In this document: piece after piece, positions 1-8,769 of the stretch
Layout of the letters: every line of letters starts with the position of its first letter
How positions within the stretch are numbered: position 1 is the stretch's first letter
Assembly: GCA_945830165.1 (NCBI GenBank)
Contig: CALZXR010000001.1
Location: 315 to 64,314, forward strand
DNA from: an uncultured Lachnospiraceae bacterium
GTDB lineage: Bacteria > Bacillota > Clostridia > Lachnospirales > Lachnospiraceae
DNA: 64,000 bases
Direction of reading: 5' to 3'
Position numbers and translations under genes: made by a program
Notes under the pieces: generated by a model
The model's database searches: none
What the model saw: only the letters and a program-made list of their open reading frames with translations
What the model was told of the DNA's origin: nothing

Positions 1-2
1 TC

Positions 3-413
3 GGAGCATTTATTGCTGAGCAGCTCGCAGACACCCACAGAATGTCATTAAGTGCAGGAAATAATATTTCGGTTATCACACCGGAATTTAATACACTGGG
101 TCAGATCATGTTCCGTGATAATCAGCAGCGAATGATCAAAGATCAGCAGGTATTGCTTCTGGCAGCATCAGTTACGACTGGAAAGACAATAAGTAAAGCT
201 ATTGAATCTGTACTATATTACGGGGGAACGGTTTGTGGTATTGCATCTATTTTCAGCGCCGTAAATAAAATTGCCGGTAAGGAAATCAAGACGATTTTCA
301 CGGCAAAAGACATTCCGGATTACCGTGCTTATGAACCAACAAAATGCCCGATGTGTCAGGAAAGACAAAGAGTGGAAGCAATCGTGAACAGTTATGGGTA
401 TTCAAAATTATAA
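3..413 (+). CDS. Type I phosphoribosyltransferase-fold protein (PyrE-like), 5' partial
   Basis: Frame is open back to the window edge (GAFIAEQLADTHRM...). PRT-like loop VLLLAASVTTGKTI followed by GGTVCGIASIF; C-terminal CPMC. Confidence 0.65.
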   Translation, partial: GAFIAEQLADTHRMSLSAGNNISVITPEFNTLGQIMFRDNQQRMIKDQQVLLLAASVTTGKTISKAIESVLYYGGTVCGIASIFSAVNKIAGKEIKTIFTAKDIPDYRAYEPTKCPMCQERQRVEAIVNSYGYSKL

Positions 414-447
414 AGAATATTAATACATATTAAATTCTGCGGAATAC

Positions 448-481
448 AAAAGACAACCACGTGGCAATATGGTTGTCTTTT
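448..481 (+). terminator. Intrinsic terminator after the PRTase gene
   Basis: Perfect 12-bp inverted repeat AAAAGACAACCA / TGGTTGTCTTTT ending in a T run. Confidence 0.8.
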
Positions 482-672
482 GCATTTTCGCCTCATCGTA
501 TATGCCTTATGAACAGATTGTATCCGATATCTCATTTGAAATGTGCCTTTTTGTGTCCTAATCTATTAAAATATCATTTACACTTCCGGGCGGTATCGGT
601 ATTGTTCCGATAAGTTAACATGTTTTTAACTTTTATTTTTTTGATAATCCTTCTGTACAATTGTTCCTCAAG

Positions 673-681
673 TGCTATAAT
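673..681 (+). promoter_or_regulatory. Extended -10 promoter element for tRNA-Gly(CCC)
   Basis: TGCTATAAT (TGnTATAAT) 8 nt upstream of the tRNA 5' end. Confidence 0.65.
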
Positions 682-689
682 AGGTGCAT

Positions 690-760
690 GCAGATATGGT
701 TCATCGGTAGAACGCTAGCTTCCCAAGCTGGAAAGGCGGGTTCGACTCCCGTTATCTGCT
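690..760 (+). tRNA. tRNA-Gly(CCC)
   Basis: Acceptor GCAGATA/TATCTGC, D stem GTTC/GAAC, anticodon arm CTAGC-TTCCCAA-GCTGG, T arm GCGGG-TTCGACT-CCCGT, discriminator U; CCA not encoded. Confidence 0.93.
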
Positions 761-875
761 TTTTTCATGCCTTTTTTATATTTTAATAGGCCTATTTAAC
801 CAAATACACGGAAATACCTGCGTACTCTATCCCTTTCTCTGTTTCCTCGTAATCAGGCTTCAGCCCCTGAAGACG

Positions 876-913
876 TACAGCCTCTTCTGCCTGAAACGGC
901 AAAAGAGGCTGTA
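876..913. terminator. Terminator-like hairpin between the convergent tRNA and membrane-protein gene
   Basis: 11-bp inverted repeat TACAGCCTCTT / AAGAGGCTGTA. Confidence 0.6.
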
Positions 914-1049
914 TAAGTTGCCACGAATATGTCCAAAAATATCATATACCTTTTGAATCCAGTCATTTCAATATCTCTATATGCTCTGCTTATTCTTTTT
1001 TCAAAATTCTCCCGTTCCGGGGTTATCATTAACATACGGACATTTTCAA

Positions 1050-2198
1050 TTATTCTTCATCCTCGTCATCATAATCATCATCGGGGTCATCTTTTCCACC
1101 TCTGGATGTGATTCCAAGAATCAACATGAGCACGGCCAGTACTGCGGCAGCAATTGCACCATACAGCAATACCTTATCGCCACCCTGATTCAAAAATGCA
1201 AACACAGCGCCACCTGCATAAAATACCATTGGCAGCAAAAAGGCAAAGATGGTACGACGTTTCTGCATAACCATGAGCAAAAGTCCTGATATGAACATGC
1301 ACAGCGCAAGCACTAAATAAGCGGCACTGGTCATGGACTTGGTTGCATTTGCAATGTCATCCAATGCTTCCATGGCGGAACAATATGCAAAATATCCAAA
1401 AGCTCCGATGGAAGCTAACCCGAACAGGACACGAATCACACGGAATGGTGCTTTTGGAGCTGCCTCTTTATGTTTTTCAGCCCTTCTGTTTTTGCCGCCT
1501 TTTTTAGAGGAATCCTTTTTCTGTTCTGATTTTTTGCTGACAGGCTCCTCCTCTTCCGGTCTTTTCTTCTTTTTCGGTTTATAATCCGGATCTGTCGCAA
1601 GCATATCTTCATAAGCCTGCTTAACAGCTTTTTCCTTTTTTACTCTGACTTTCTCAGGCGGGATATTGGCATAACGCTGTTCGGATCCTTGCTTTCCTGA
1701 GGGCGGTCGTTTTCCGGTGGCAGGTCTTTTCCCTTGCTGTCTTGGTGCACCCTGTTTTTTCACCGGGCGCGAAGACGGTCTGGATTCTTTCTTCTCTTCA
1801 TCCACAAGAACAGATTTTTCATCTGCTGCCTCCGCCTTTACTCCATCCCTGTCATACCTTACTTTTTCATCTGCTGATTTTATATCTTTTGCAGTCTCCG
1901 GTGTACTCTTTTCTTCCATAATAGGCTGCACATGCTCTACTGATGTTTCGGTCACTTTTACTGCATCTGTTTCTCCTGATGTCGACTGTATATCTGCGTT
2001 CTTCTGTTCCACGCCTGCTCCGGAAGCAATCGGTCTTGTATCTGCCGCCGTCTTCTTGGCACGCCGCTTATCAAGATTCCACTGTTTTCTACAGTCGCGG
2101 CAGACAGCATATTGATTAAAGACCGGCTCACCCGTTTCGTCAACCCCAACCTGCTTTTTTTGCAACTCGACTTCTTTTCCGCATATTGGACACTTCAT
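1050..2198 (-). CDS. Hypothetical membrane protein: N-terminal Zn ribbon, long charged disordered linker, about 4 C-terminal TM helices
   Basis: 382-aa ORF with RBS GGGAGG; CPIC...CRDC; K/E-rich middle; four hydrophobic segments; acidic tail. Confidence 0.8.
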   Translation of the reverse strand: MKCPICGKEVELQKKQVGVDETGEPVFNQYAVCRDCRKQWNLDKRRAKKTAADTRPIASGAGVEQKNADIQSTSGETDAVKVTETSVEHVQPIMEEKSTPETAKDIKSADEKVRYDRDGVKAEAADEKSVLVDEEKKESRPSSRPVKKQGAPRQQGKRPATGKRPPSGKQGSEQRYANIPPEKVRVKKEKAVKQAYEDMLATDPDYKPKKKKRPEEEEPVSKKSEQKKDSSKKGGKNRRAEKHKEAAPKAPFRVIRVLFGLASIGAFGYFAYCSAMEALDDIANATKSMTSAAYLVLALCMFISGLLLMVMQKRRTIFAFLLPMVFYAGGAVFAFLNQGGDKVLLYGAIAAAVLAVLMLILGITSRGGKDDPDDDYDDEDEE

Positions 2199-2591
2199 TA
2201 TGTATACCCTCCCTGTATTTTATTCTGTTTTTTATTCTTGTACTGTTTTAATTTTTCACTGTTTTGCGTTGTTTTTATTCTTGTTGTTTTTATTCTTGCG
2301 CCGTTTTATTCCTGTACTGTTTCTTACTGTTGTTTTTTCATTCTTGTCTAATTACCATTTAATGCTGATCTATCTGCAATTTCGCTTATAGTCATTTTGT
2401 ACATTATAACATTTTTAAAGGATTACGACAATGGAAAAATACTCCTTATTACAAATAATGTAACCGTAATGTATATACATAAAGCTTGTTGAAGTTGAGT
2501 GATTTCCGAATAATCATAAAATCAAATGACAAATTCAGGAAATCTTGGTAGAATAGAAAACGAAAAAAGTAAAAGATGAGGAGGTATTCTT

Positions 2592-2972
2592 ATGTTGAAA
2601 TATGTCGAAACTCCGGATGCTCCTGCAGCTATCGGTCCTTATTCCCAGGGAATCATCGTAAACGGGCTGGCTTTCTTTTCCGGACAGATCCCGCTTTCTC
2701 CGGTAACAGGAGAGGTTATCGGAACTACAATTGAGGAACAGACAGAGCAGGTCATGAAAAATATCCGGGCATTGCTGGAAAGCCAGGGAGCAGGATTTGC
2801 CGATGTGGTAAAAACAACCTGTTTTCTCGCTGATATGAATGATTTTGCCGCATTCAACGCAGTTTACGGAAAATATTTTACCGGGAAACCGGCTCGTTCC
2901 TGCGTTGCGGTAAAGGATCTTCCGAAAGGAGTTCTGTGTGAAGTGGAAACTATCGCTTATGTCAGTGAATAA
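2592..2972 (+). CDS. ridA: RidA family (YjgF/YER057c/UK114) enamine/imine deaminase
   Basis: [37 protein letters not shown] motifs; RBS GAGGAGG. Confidence 0.93.
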   Translation: MLKYVETPDAPAAIGPYSQGIIVNGLAFFSGQIPLSPVTGEVIGTTIEEQTEQVMKNIRALLESQGAGFADVVKTTCFLADMNDFAAFNAVYGKYFTGKPARSCVAVKDLPKGVLCEVETIAYVSE

Positions 2973-3074
2973 CCTTCGTAAGCGTACTTTCAGGTTCTGA
3001 ATCAGCAGTTTTTCCAAGCGGTTCACAGTTTCGGAGATACATCTGCTCTTAAAAAATCACAACATTGAAAATGA

Positions 3075-3113
3075 ACAGCCCCGCAGTTTGCCTTTTCCTT
3101 TCTGCGGGGCTGT
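3075..3113. terminator. Hairpin terminator between convergent ridA and nadE
   Basis: 12-bp inverted repeat ACAGCCCCGCAG / CTGCGGGGCTGT. Confidence 0.7.
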
Positions 3114-3192
3114 CTGTATGACTGAGTATGCGGCAAAATGCTGATGCCGCATCTGATATCAGGGTAAAGTATTAACCTGTCAGGAAAACCCG

Positions 3193-5115
3193 TCATTCCA
3201 TCAGGGAAATATTTCCGAGGTCTTTAAGCCATGCCGCCACACAGGCATCACTTGGCATTCTCCAGTCTCCCCTTGGGGAGAGTGCAACCGTACCGATTTT
3301 CGGCCCGTCCGGCAGGCAGGAACGTTTAAACTGCTGCGAGAAAAACCTGCGGCAGAACGTCTCAAGCCATTTGAGGATTGTCTCGGCGTCATATTCTCCT
3401 GCGAAGGTTTCTTCCGCAAGACGGAAAATCTTGCTCGGCTCATATCCGAAACGCAGCAGGAAATACAGGAAGAAATCATGCAGCTCATATGGTCCTACCA
3501 GGTCTTCCGTTTTCTGAGCTATTTTACCGTCCTTCGGAGGCAGCAGCTCCGGGCTCACCGGGGTGTCCAGAACATCGTAAAGCACTTCTCTTAGCGCCTC
3601 ATCTTTTGTTGTATCCGCTTCATATTTTACCAGATGGCGCACCAGTGTCTTAGGTACTGAAGCGTTGACGCCATACATGGACATATGGTCACCGTTATAG
3701 GTCGCCCAGCCAAGCGCCAGCTCAGACATATCCCCGGTACCGATCACCATACCGCCGTTTTTATTGGCGATATCCATCAGTACCTGCGTCCGCTCCCTCG
3801 CCTGTCCGTTTTCATATGTCACGCTGTGATCTTCCGGGTCATGCCCGATATCTTTAAAATGCTGCATAACAGAATCTGCAATCGGAACCTGGCGCAGTGC
3901 AGCTCCGACCTGCAGGGACATCCGGCAGGCATTCTGATAGGTACGGTCAGTAGTGCCGAAACATGGCATGGTAACTGCAATAATACCTTTTTTATCACGT
4001 CCCAGCATATCAAATGCTTTTGCAGTGACAATTAATGCCAGCGTGGAATCAAGCCCTCCCGAAATACCGACCACTGCCGTTTTTGCCCTCGTGTGTGCCA
4101 GACGTTTTTTCAGTCCCATTGCCTGGATCATCAGTATTTCTTCACATCTTCTTGCACGCTCTTTCTCGTCTCCCGGGACAAACGGACGGCGCGGAAATGT
4201 ACGGGTAAGGTCTGTCTTTTCCTCTTCAATATAAAACGGAATCCGAAGCAGCTCCCGTGTATCTGAGGTCTGGAATGTCGTATTCTTCCTGCGCTCGCTG
4301 ACAATTCTCTGAATATCAAATTCCGTATAAATGATATCATTGTGGAAACGTGCCGCTTCCGCCAGAATTGTGCCGTTCTCTGCAATAATATTATGTCCGC
4401 CGAACACCACGTCCGTCGTGGACTCCCCTTCACCGGCATTTGCATAAATATATCCGGCAATCAGGCGTGCCGACTGCCCTTTAATCAATGCCCTGCGGTA
4501 ACTGTCTTTACCAATCGTCTCGGTGCTTGCGGAACAGTTTACAATCACAGTCGCCCCCTCGACAGCCGCAAGGATGCTTGGCGGCACCGGAGACCACACA
4601 TCTTCACAGATTTCCGCGGACACGATCAAATCTTCCATCGCGGATGCCTGGAAAAGGAGCTGCGGTCCAAACGGAACTTTCTCTCCTTCAAATAGAATTT
4701 CCCTTGCCGTATCCGGTCCCGGAGTAAACTGACGCATTTCATAAAACTCACCATAATTCGGCAAAAAGGTTTTTGTCGTCAGCCCGATGACCGCCCCTCT
4801 GTTTAATGCCGCAGCCACATTGTAAAGCTTGCCGTCAATCTGGAGCGGCACACCGATAAATACAAGCATCTCTTTATCAGCAGTATATGCCGCAATTTTC
4901 ATCAATGCTTTTCTGGACTCCCTAAGCAGGATATCCTGCAGGAACAGATCACTGCAGGTATAACCGGTTATACATAATTCGGGAAATACAACGATTTTTG
5001 CCCTCTCAAAAGCTGCTTTATCAATTGCTTCACATATTTTTTCCGTATTATATGCCACATCCGCAACCCTGATGTCAGGTGTGACAGCCGCAACCTTTAC
5101 AAACCCATGTTTCAT
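3193..5115 (-). CDS. nadE: Glutamine-dependent NAD(+) synthetase
   Basis: Nitrilase-like N domain (FPELC, EICED) plus NAD synthase domain (GISGGLDSTL, SQQFKRSCLPDGPK). Confidence 0.96.
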   Translation of the reverse strand: MKHGFVKVAAVTPDIRVADVAYNTEKICEAIDKAAFERAKIVVFPELCITGYTCSDLFLQDILLRESRKALMKIAAYTADKEMLVFIGVPLQIDGKLYNVAAALNRGAVIGLTTKTFLPNYGEFYEMRQFTPGPDTAREILFEGEKVPFGPQLLFQASAMEDLIVSAEICEDVWSPVPPSILAAVEGATVIVNCSASTETIGKDSYRRALIKGQSARLIAGYIYANAGEGESTTDVVFGGHNIIAENGTILAEAARFHNDIIYTEFDIQRIVSERRKNTTFQTSDTRELLRIPFYIEEEKTDLTRTFPRRPFVPGDEKERARRCEEILMIQAMGLKKRLAHTRAKTAVVGISGGLDSTLALIVTAKAFDMLGRDKKGIIAVTMPCFGTTDRTYQNACRMSLQVGAALRQVPIADSVMQHFKDIGHDPEDHSVTYENGQARERTQVLMDIANKNGGMVIGTGDMSELALGWATYNGDHMSMYGVNASVPKTLVRHLVKYEADTTKDEALREVLYDVLDTPVSPELLPPKDGKIAQKTEDLVGPYELHDFFLYFLLRFGYEPSKIFRLAEETFAGEYDAETILKWLETFCRRFFSQQFKRSCLPDGPKIGTVALSPRGDWRMPSDACVAAWLKDLGNISLME

Positions 5116-6002
5116 TTCCGCACCGCCTGTCTGCTTTTCGCCAATATTTCTTTCAGTTCTTCTATCGTAAAGTAATATGCCGTATTACAGAAATGGCATT
5201 TTACTTCAATCGTTTCTCCCTCGTCAATAATCGACTGAATATCTTTTTCTCCTATACTGATGATGGCTTTTTCAATTCTTTCCTTCGAGCAGTTGCAGGA
5301 ATACTTAGCCGGAAGAGTATCCGTCACTTCCACGTCAAAACCCGCAAGGACCTGAGAAAGCATTTCCTCCGGAGAATGGCCGTCATCCAGCATAGCCGTT
5401 ACCGGACGTATATTTTTAATATTTTCTTCCAGATGCGCCAGAACCGGCTCTTCGATAAATGGCATTACCTGGACAATAAACCCGCCCGCACAGCGTACGG
5501 TATTATCCTTTTCCATGAGCACTCCGAGGCCGACTGAAGACGGAACCTGCTCAGACGCGGCAAAGTAGTATGTCAGATCCTCTGCAATCTCGCCGGTCTG
5601 AAGAACGGTCTGTCCCGAATAAGGTTCTTTAAGCCCCATATCTTTGATCACATTCAGAAATCCAGCCCCGAGAGCACCGCCTACATCCAGCTTGCCGTTC
5701 TTCGGCGGCAGCATGACCTCCGGCTGGTTCACATATCCCTTTACTCCGCCCGCCGCATCTGCCGTTACCGTCATACCTCCGATCGGACCGCTGCAGTTAA
5801 TCTGAAGTGTCAGCACATCAGTGTTATTCTTCATCATGCTTCCCATCATCACACCGCCGGTAAGAAGCCGTCCTAAAGCTGCTGTCGCTACCGGACTTGT
5901 CCCGTGACGCCTTCTTGCTTCCTCCACCAGATCCGTCGTTCTCGCTGCAAACGCACGGATCTGTGCATTTGCAGCTGTCGCTCTCACAATATAATCTTCC
6001 AT
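5112..6002 (-). CDS. hslO: Hsp33 redox-regulated chaperone
   Basis: ALGRLLT, GEIAEDLTYYFAASEQVPS, C-terminal CNC...CHFC zinc motif; 4-bp overlap with nadE. Confidence 0.95.
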   Translation of the reverse strand: MEDYIVRATAANAQIRAFAARTTDLVEEARRRHGTSPVATAALGRLLTGGVMMGSMMKNNTDVLTLQINCSGPIGGMTVTADAAGGVKGYVNQPEVMLPPKNGKLDVGGALGAGFLNVIKDMGLKEPYSGQTVLQTGEIAEDLTYYFAASEQVPSSVGLGVLMEKDNTVRCAGGFIVQVMPFIEEPVLAHLEENIKNIRPVTAMLDDGHSPEEMLSQVLAGFDVEVTDTLPAKYSCNCSKERIEKAIISIGEKDIQSIIDEGETIEVKCHFCNTAYYFTIEELKEILAKSRQAVRK

Positions 6003-6028
6003 TTTATCTCCTTTCTGTCGCCTGCTGC

Positions 6029-6826
6029 TCAGTCATTTTCATGACCTTCCGGCAGTTTTCCCTTCTCCCGCGCAACTATATAGATACGTTCACTTTTATC
6101 ATCCGGTATATTTCTTGTAAACGCATCATAAGAAGCCACAAACTCCATTCCGGCTTCTTCAAGCGCCCGCTGCATTTCCTCCGTCGTATATCCCCTCTGG
6201 AAATGCGTTTCCTGATATTTACGACATATTTCCTGCCCGCATTTTTGGGTCAGTTCCTCATCACGGATAAATAAAGTAAGCTCATATTCATTGATTTTTT
6301 CTTCTTCATAATAATAATTATCCCAGATAAAGCTACATTCTTCCCGTTCTTCTGCAATCGTACATTCACCCATAGTGTCACGGTATTTATAAACTGTATT
6401 AAAATCAAAAATGAAAACACCGCCCGGGTCAAGATAATTATTTACCAGCCGAAATACCCGGATCAGTTCTTCAGCTTCTGTTATATAGTTCATGGTATCG
6501 CATATACTTACGACTGCTTTCACCGTACCATACAATTCAAATTCTCTCATATCCTGAAGCAGATACAAAATGTCATGTCCCGACTTCCTTAATTTTTCTG
6601 AAGCAATCTCCAGCATTTCCTCTGAATTGTCCACACCAATCATATCATATCCGGCGGAAGCAAGCAATTCCGTAAGTGTACCTGTCCCGCAGCCCAGATC
6701 CAGCACCAGCCCGTCTGTGACGCTGTATTCCTTTAAAAGCCCACAAAGATATTCTGCCCATTCCCCATATGGAATATTATCCATGAATGTATCATAAACT
6801 GCCGCAAACCCTGTATATGCTTCCAT
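6029..6826 (-). CDS. Class I SAM-dependent methyltransferase
   Basis: VLDLGCGTG motif I; start moved to MEAY, which has the better RBS. Confidence 0.9.
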   Translation of the reverse strand: MEAYTGFAAVYDTFMDNIPYGEWAEYLCGLLKEYSVTDGLVLDLGCGTGTLTELLASAGYDMIGVDNSEEMLEIASEKLRKSGHDILYLLQDMREFELYGTVKAVVSICDTMNYITEAEELIRVFRLVNNYLDPGGVFIFDFNTVYKYRDTMGECTIAEEREECSFIWDNYYYEEEKINEYELTLFIRDEELTQKCGQEICRKYQETHFQRGYTTEEMQRALEEAGMEFVASYDAFTRNIPDDKSERIYIVAREKGKLPEGHEND

Positions 6827-6870
6827 CTCATTCTCACCTGCCGTATATTCCCTAATCTTCATTACAAATA

Positions 6871-8715
6871 TTATTCAACATGGCCGATCACATACCCGAT
6901 CTGATACTGGCTGCCTTCCGCATCCACAAGGAAGACTGCAATCTGATAATCTCCGGTCCTGTAATAAAATCTCGAGACATCAATGTCCACAATATAAGAG
7001 CCGTCATCTGCCAAAGATGCCTGCATCCACTGCAGATCGCTCTGATCATCCTCTACCCAGACGGCAATATTGATTGCCTGAATCTCATTCGGAATATTCT
7101 GAAAATCTTTGACCTGAATCTGCAGTATACCGGCTGTATTGTCATACCCGAGCACCTGAGTCAGCGCTCCCGGCTGAAGAACTTCCTCTTCTTTCTCCTG
7201 CTCCGGCACTACGATTCCGGATGCAAAATCTTCCATCAATTTTGACTTTTTCTGCAGTTCTCTTTCCATTTTTTCAATGCCATACTTTTCTGTCAGCGTA
7301 AACTCACCGGAAAACAGATTTGTCCCAAGACCGAGCTTGTTCCCTTCAATTTTTGCACCAAGGCTTGCCACGGTCGTCGGGAATAGATCAAAGGTCGTAA
7401 AATCTCTTCTCAAACCTGCATTTTCCACCTCAGTGTCAGCATTGATATAAACAGTATATACTTTTCTGACATAATCTTCATCGATATTTTCACAAAAATC
7501 ACTGTCCATCGTCGGATGATCTCCGGCAATCACGATCGTCGTGTTCTCATAAAAATCCTGTTGTTGAATCCAACGGACAAATTCCGCGACTTTTTTACTG
7601 GAACATGCCATAACATTTGCGTATTGATTATCTCCGTAAATATCTTCACAGTCTTCACAGACATATCCATCCTCAAAATGTGTATCAACGGTGAGCATCG
7701 TAAGATTGAAAGGCTCGTCTTTTGAAGCGAGCTCCGTCAGTTCCTGTTTTGCAAATTCAAACAGCCGTTTATCCTCATATCCCCACCATACCCAGTAATC
7801 CTCCGGGATCAGACCCACTTCACGAGCATAGGTATGATCATGGAAGGTAAAATTCCCATGATCTTGAAACATCAGCTGTCTTCCGCCGAAAACTGCCTGG
7901 GAACCAATCAGCAATGTCTGAGAATAACCTTCTTTTTCAAGAATATCTCCCAGAGCGATCACATCAGGGAAAAAGGATTCCTGTGTGTTCATGGAATTCT
8001 TTTCAATCGGAATCGTCAGCGGAAGCCCGGAAGTGTGTGCGAACATACCTGCCACTGTCCATGTGGTAGACGGCATGGAATACCCTCCGTTCAGCATGTC
8101 CGAGCTGCCGGAAAAATCTTCATTTTCTTTCGCAATTTCTGTCAGTTCTTTAATATAATCAGTATCAAATGCTCCCCCGCTTTCTTTATCTGAGTATGTA
8201 ACTTCCATAGATTCCAGAAAAATATAAATCAGATTCCTCTTTTTCTCCGGAAAAGTAATGTTAACATCACCCGGGTTCACATAATTATCATCAATAAATT
8301 CAGAATATGTACTCTGATTTTCCGAATATGCGCTTACATCCAGCCTGTTCCATGCATAATAACCTGTCAGGCCAATGACTGCGGCAGACAGGAGAAAAAT
8401 GCCTGAAAGCGTCTGATGATACCATCTTTTTTTTCTCATTCCCAGGCAAATACACAAAACTAAAAGGAATACAATTATGATTAACGGGAGGCAATATTCA
8501 ACCGCTTCTCTTATCATCTCCTGGTTAGTTCCTTCCATCGGGGCATTAAGCTGGTACATCAGCTCATCCATGCTGAGATGATTCCACGTTTTAAACACCC
8601 ATTTTACAAGCGTATAAGTCAGGGCGGCCACAGCTCCCGCCGCCAGCGTCAGAATGACTTCCACCATACATCCCAGTTTTTTAAGTGCTGCTAAAATCAT
8701 TTTCAAACCTTTCAT
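6871..8715 (-). CDS. LTA synthase/phosphoglycerol transferase family (alkaline phosphatase superfamily) with C-terminal Bsp-like domain
   Basis: Three N-terminal TM segments; NLIYIFLESME, WT(V)AG nucleophile region, VDTH and GDH metal ligands; tail AVWVEDDQSDLQWM resembles a GBS Bsp-like repeat. Start at MKGLK after GAGGTAAG. Confidence 0.8.
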   Translation of the reverse strand: MKGLKMILAALKKLGCMVEVILTLAAGAVAALTYTLVKWVFKTWNHLSMDELMYQLNAPMEGTNQEMIREAVEYCLPLIIIVFLLVLCICLGMRKKRWYHQTLSGIFLLSAAVIGLTGYYAWNRLDVSAYSENQSTYSEFIDDNYVNPGDVNITFPEKKRNLIYIFLESMEVTYSDKESGGAFDTDYIKELTEIAKENEDFSGSSDMLNGGYSMPSTTWTVAGMFAHTSGLPLTIPIEKNSMNTQESFFPDVIALGDILEKEGYSQTLLIGSQAVFGGRQLMFQDHGNFTFHDHTYAREVGLIPEDYWVWWGYEDKRLFEFAKQELTELASKDEPFNLTMLTVDTHFEDGYVCEDCEDIYGDNQYANVMACSSKKVAEFVRWIQQQDFYENTTIVIAGDHPTMDSDFCENIDEDYVRKVYTVYINADTEVENAGLRRDFTTFDLFPTTVASLGAKIEGNKLGLGTNLFSGEFTLTEKYGIEKMERELQKKSKLMEDFASGIVVPEQEKEEEVLQPGALTQVLGYDNTAGILQIQVKDFQNIPNEIQAINIAVWVEDDQSDLQWMQASLADDGSYIVDIDVSRFYYRTGDYQIAVFLVDAEGSQYQIGYVIGHVE

Positions 8716-8769
8716 CTTACCTCTTACCTCTGTCAGTATACTACAGCCTTGCATCTGCCCTGTTCAGCA

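Noticed and set aside
760-1049. Integrated element or att site at the tRNA-Gly(CCC) 3' end; 60-aa ORF 853-1035
   Set aside because: No integrase and no duplicated tRNA 3' end seen in the window. The small ORF has no RBS, runs through a hairpin and resembles no family I know.
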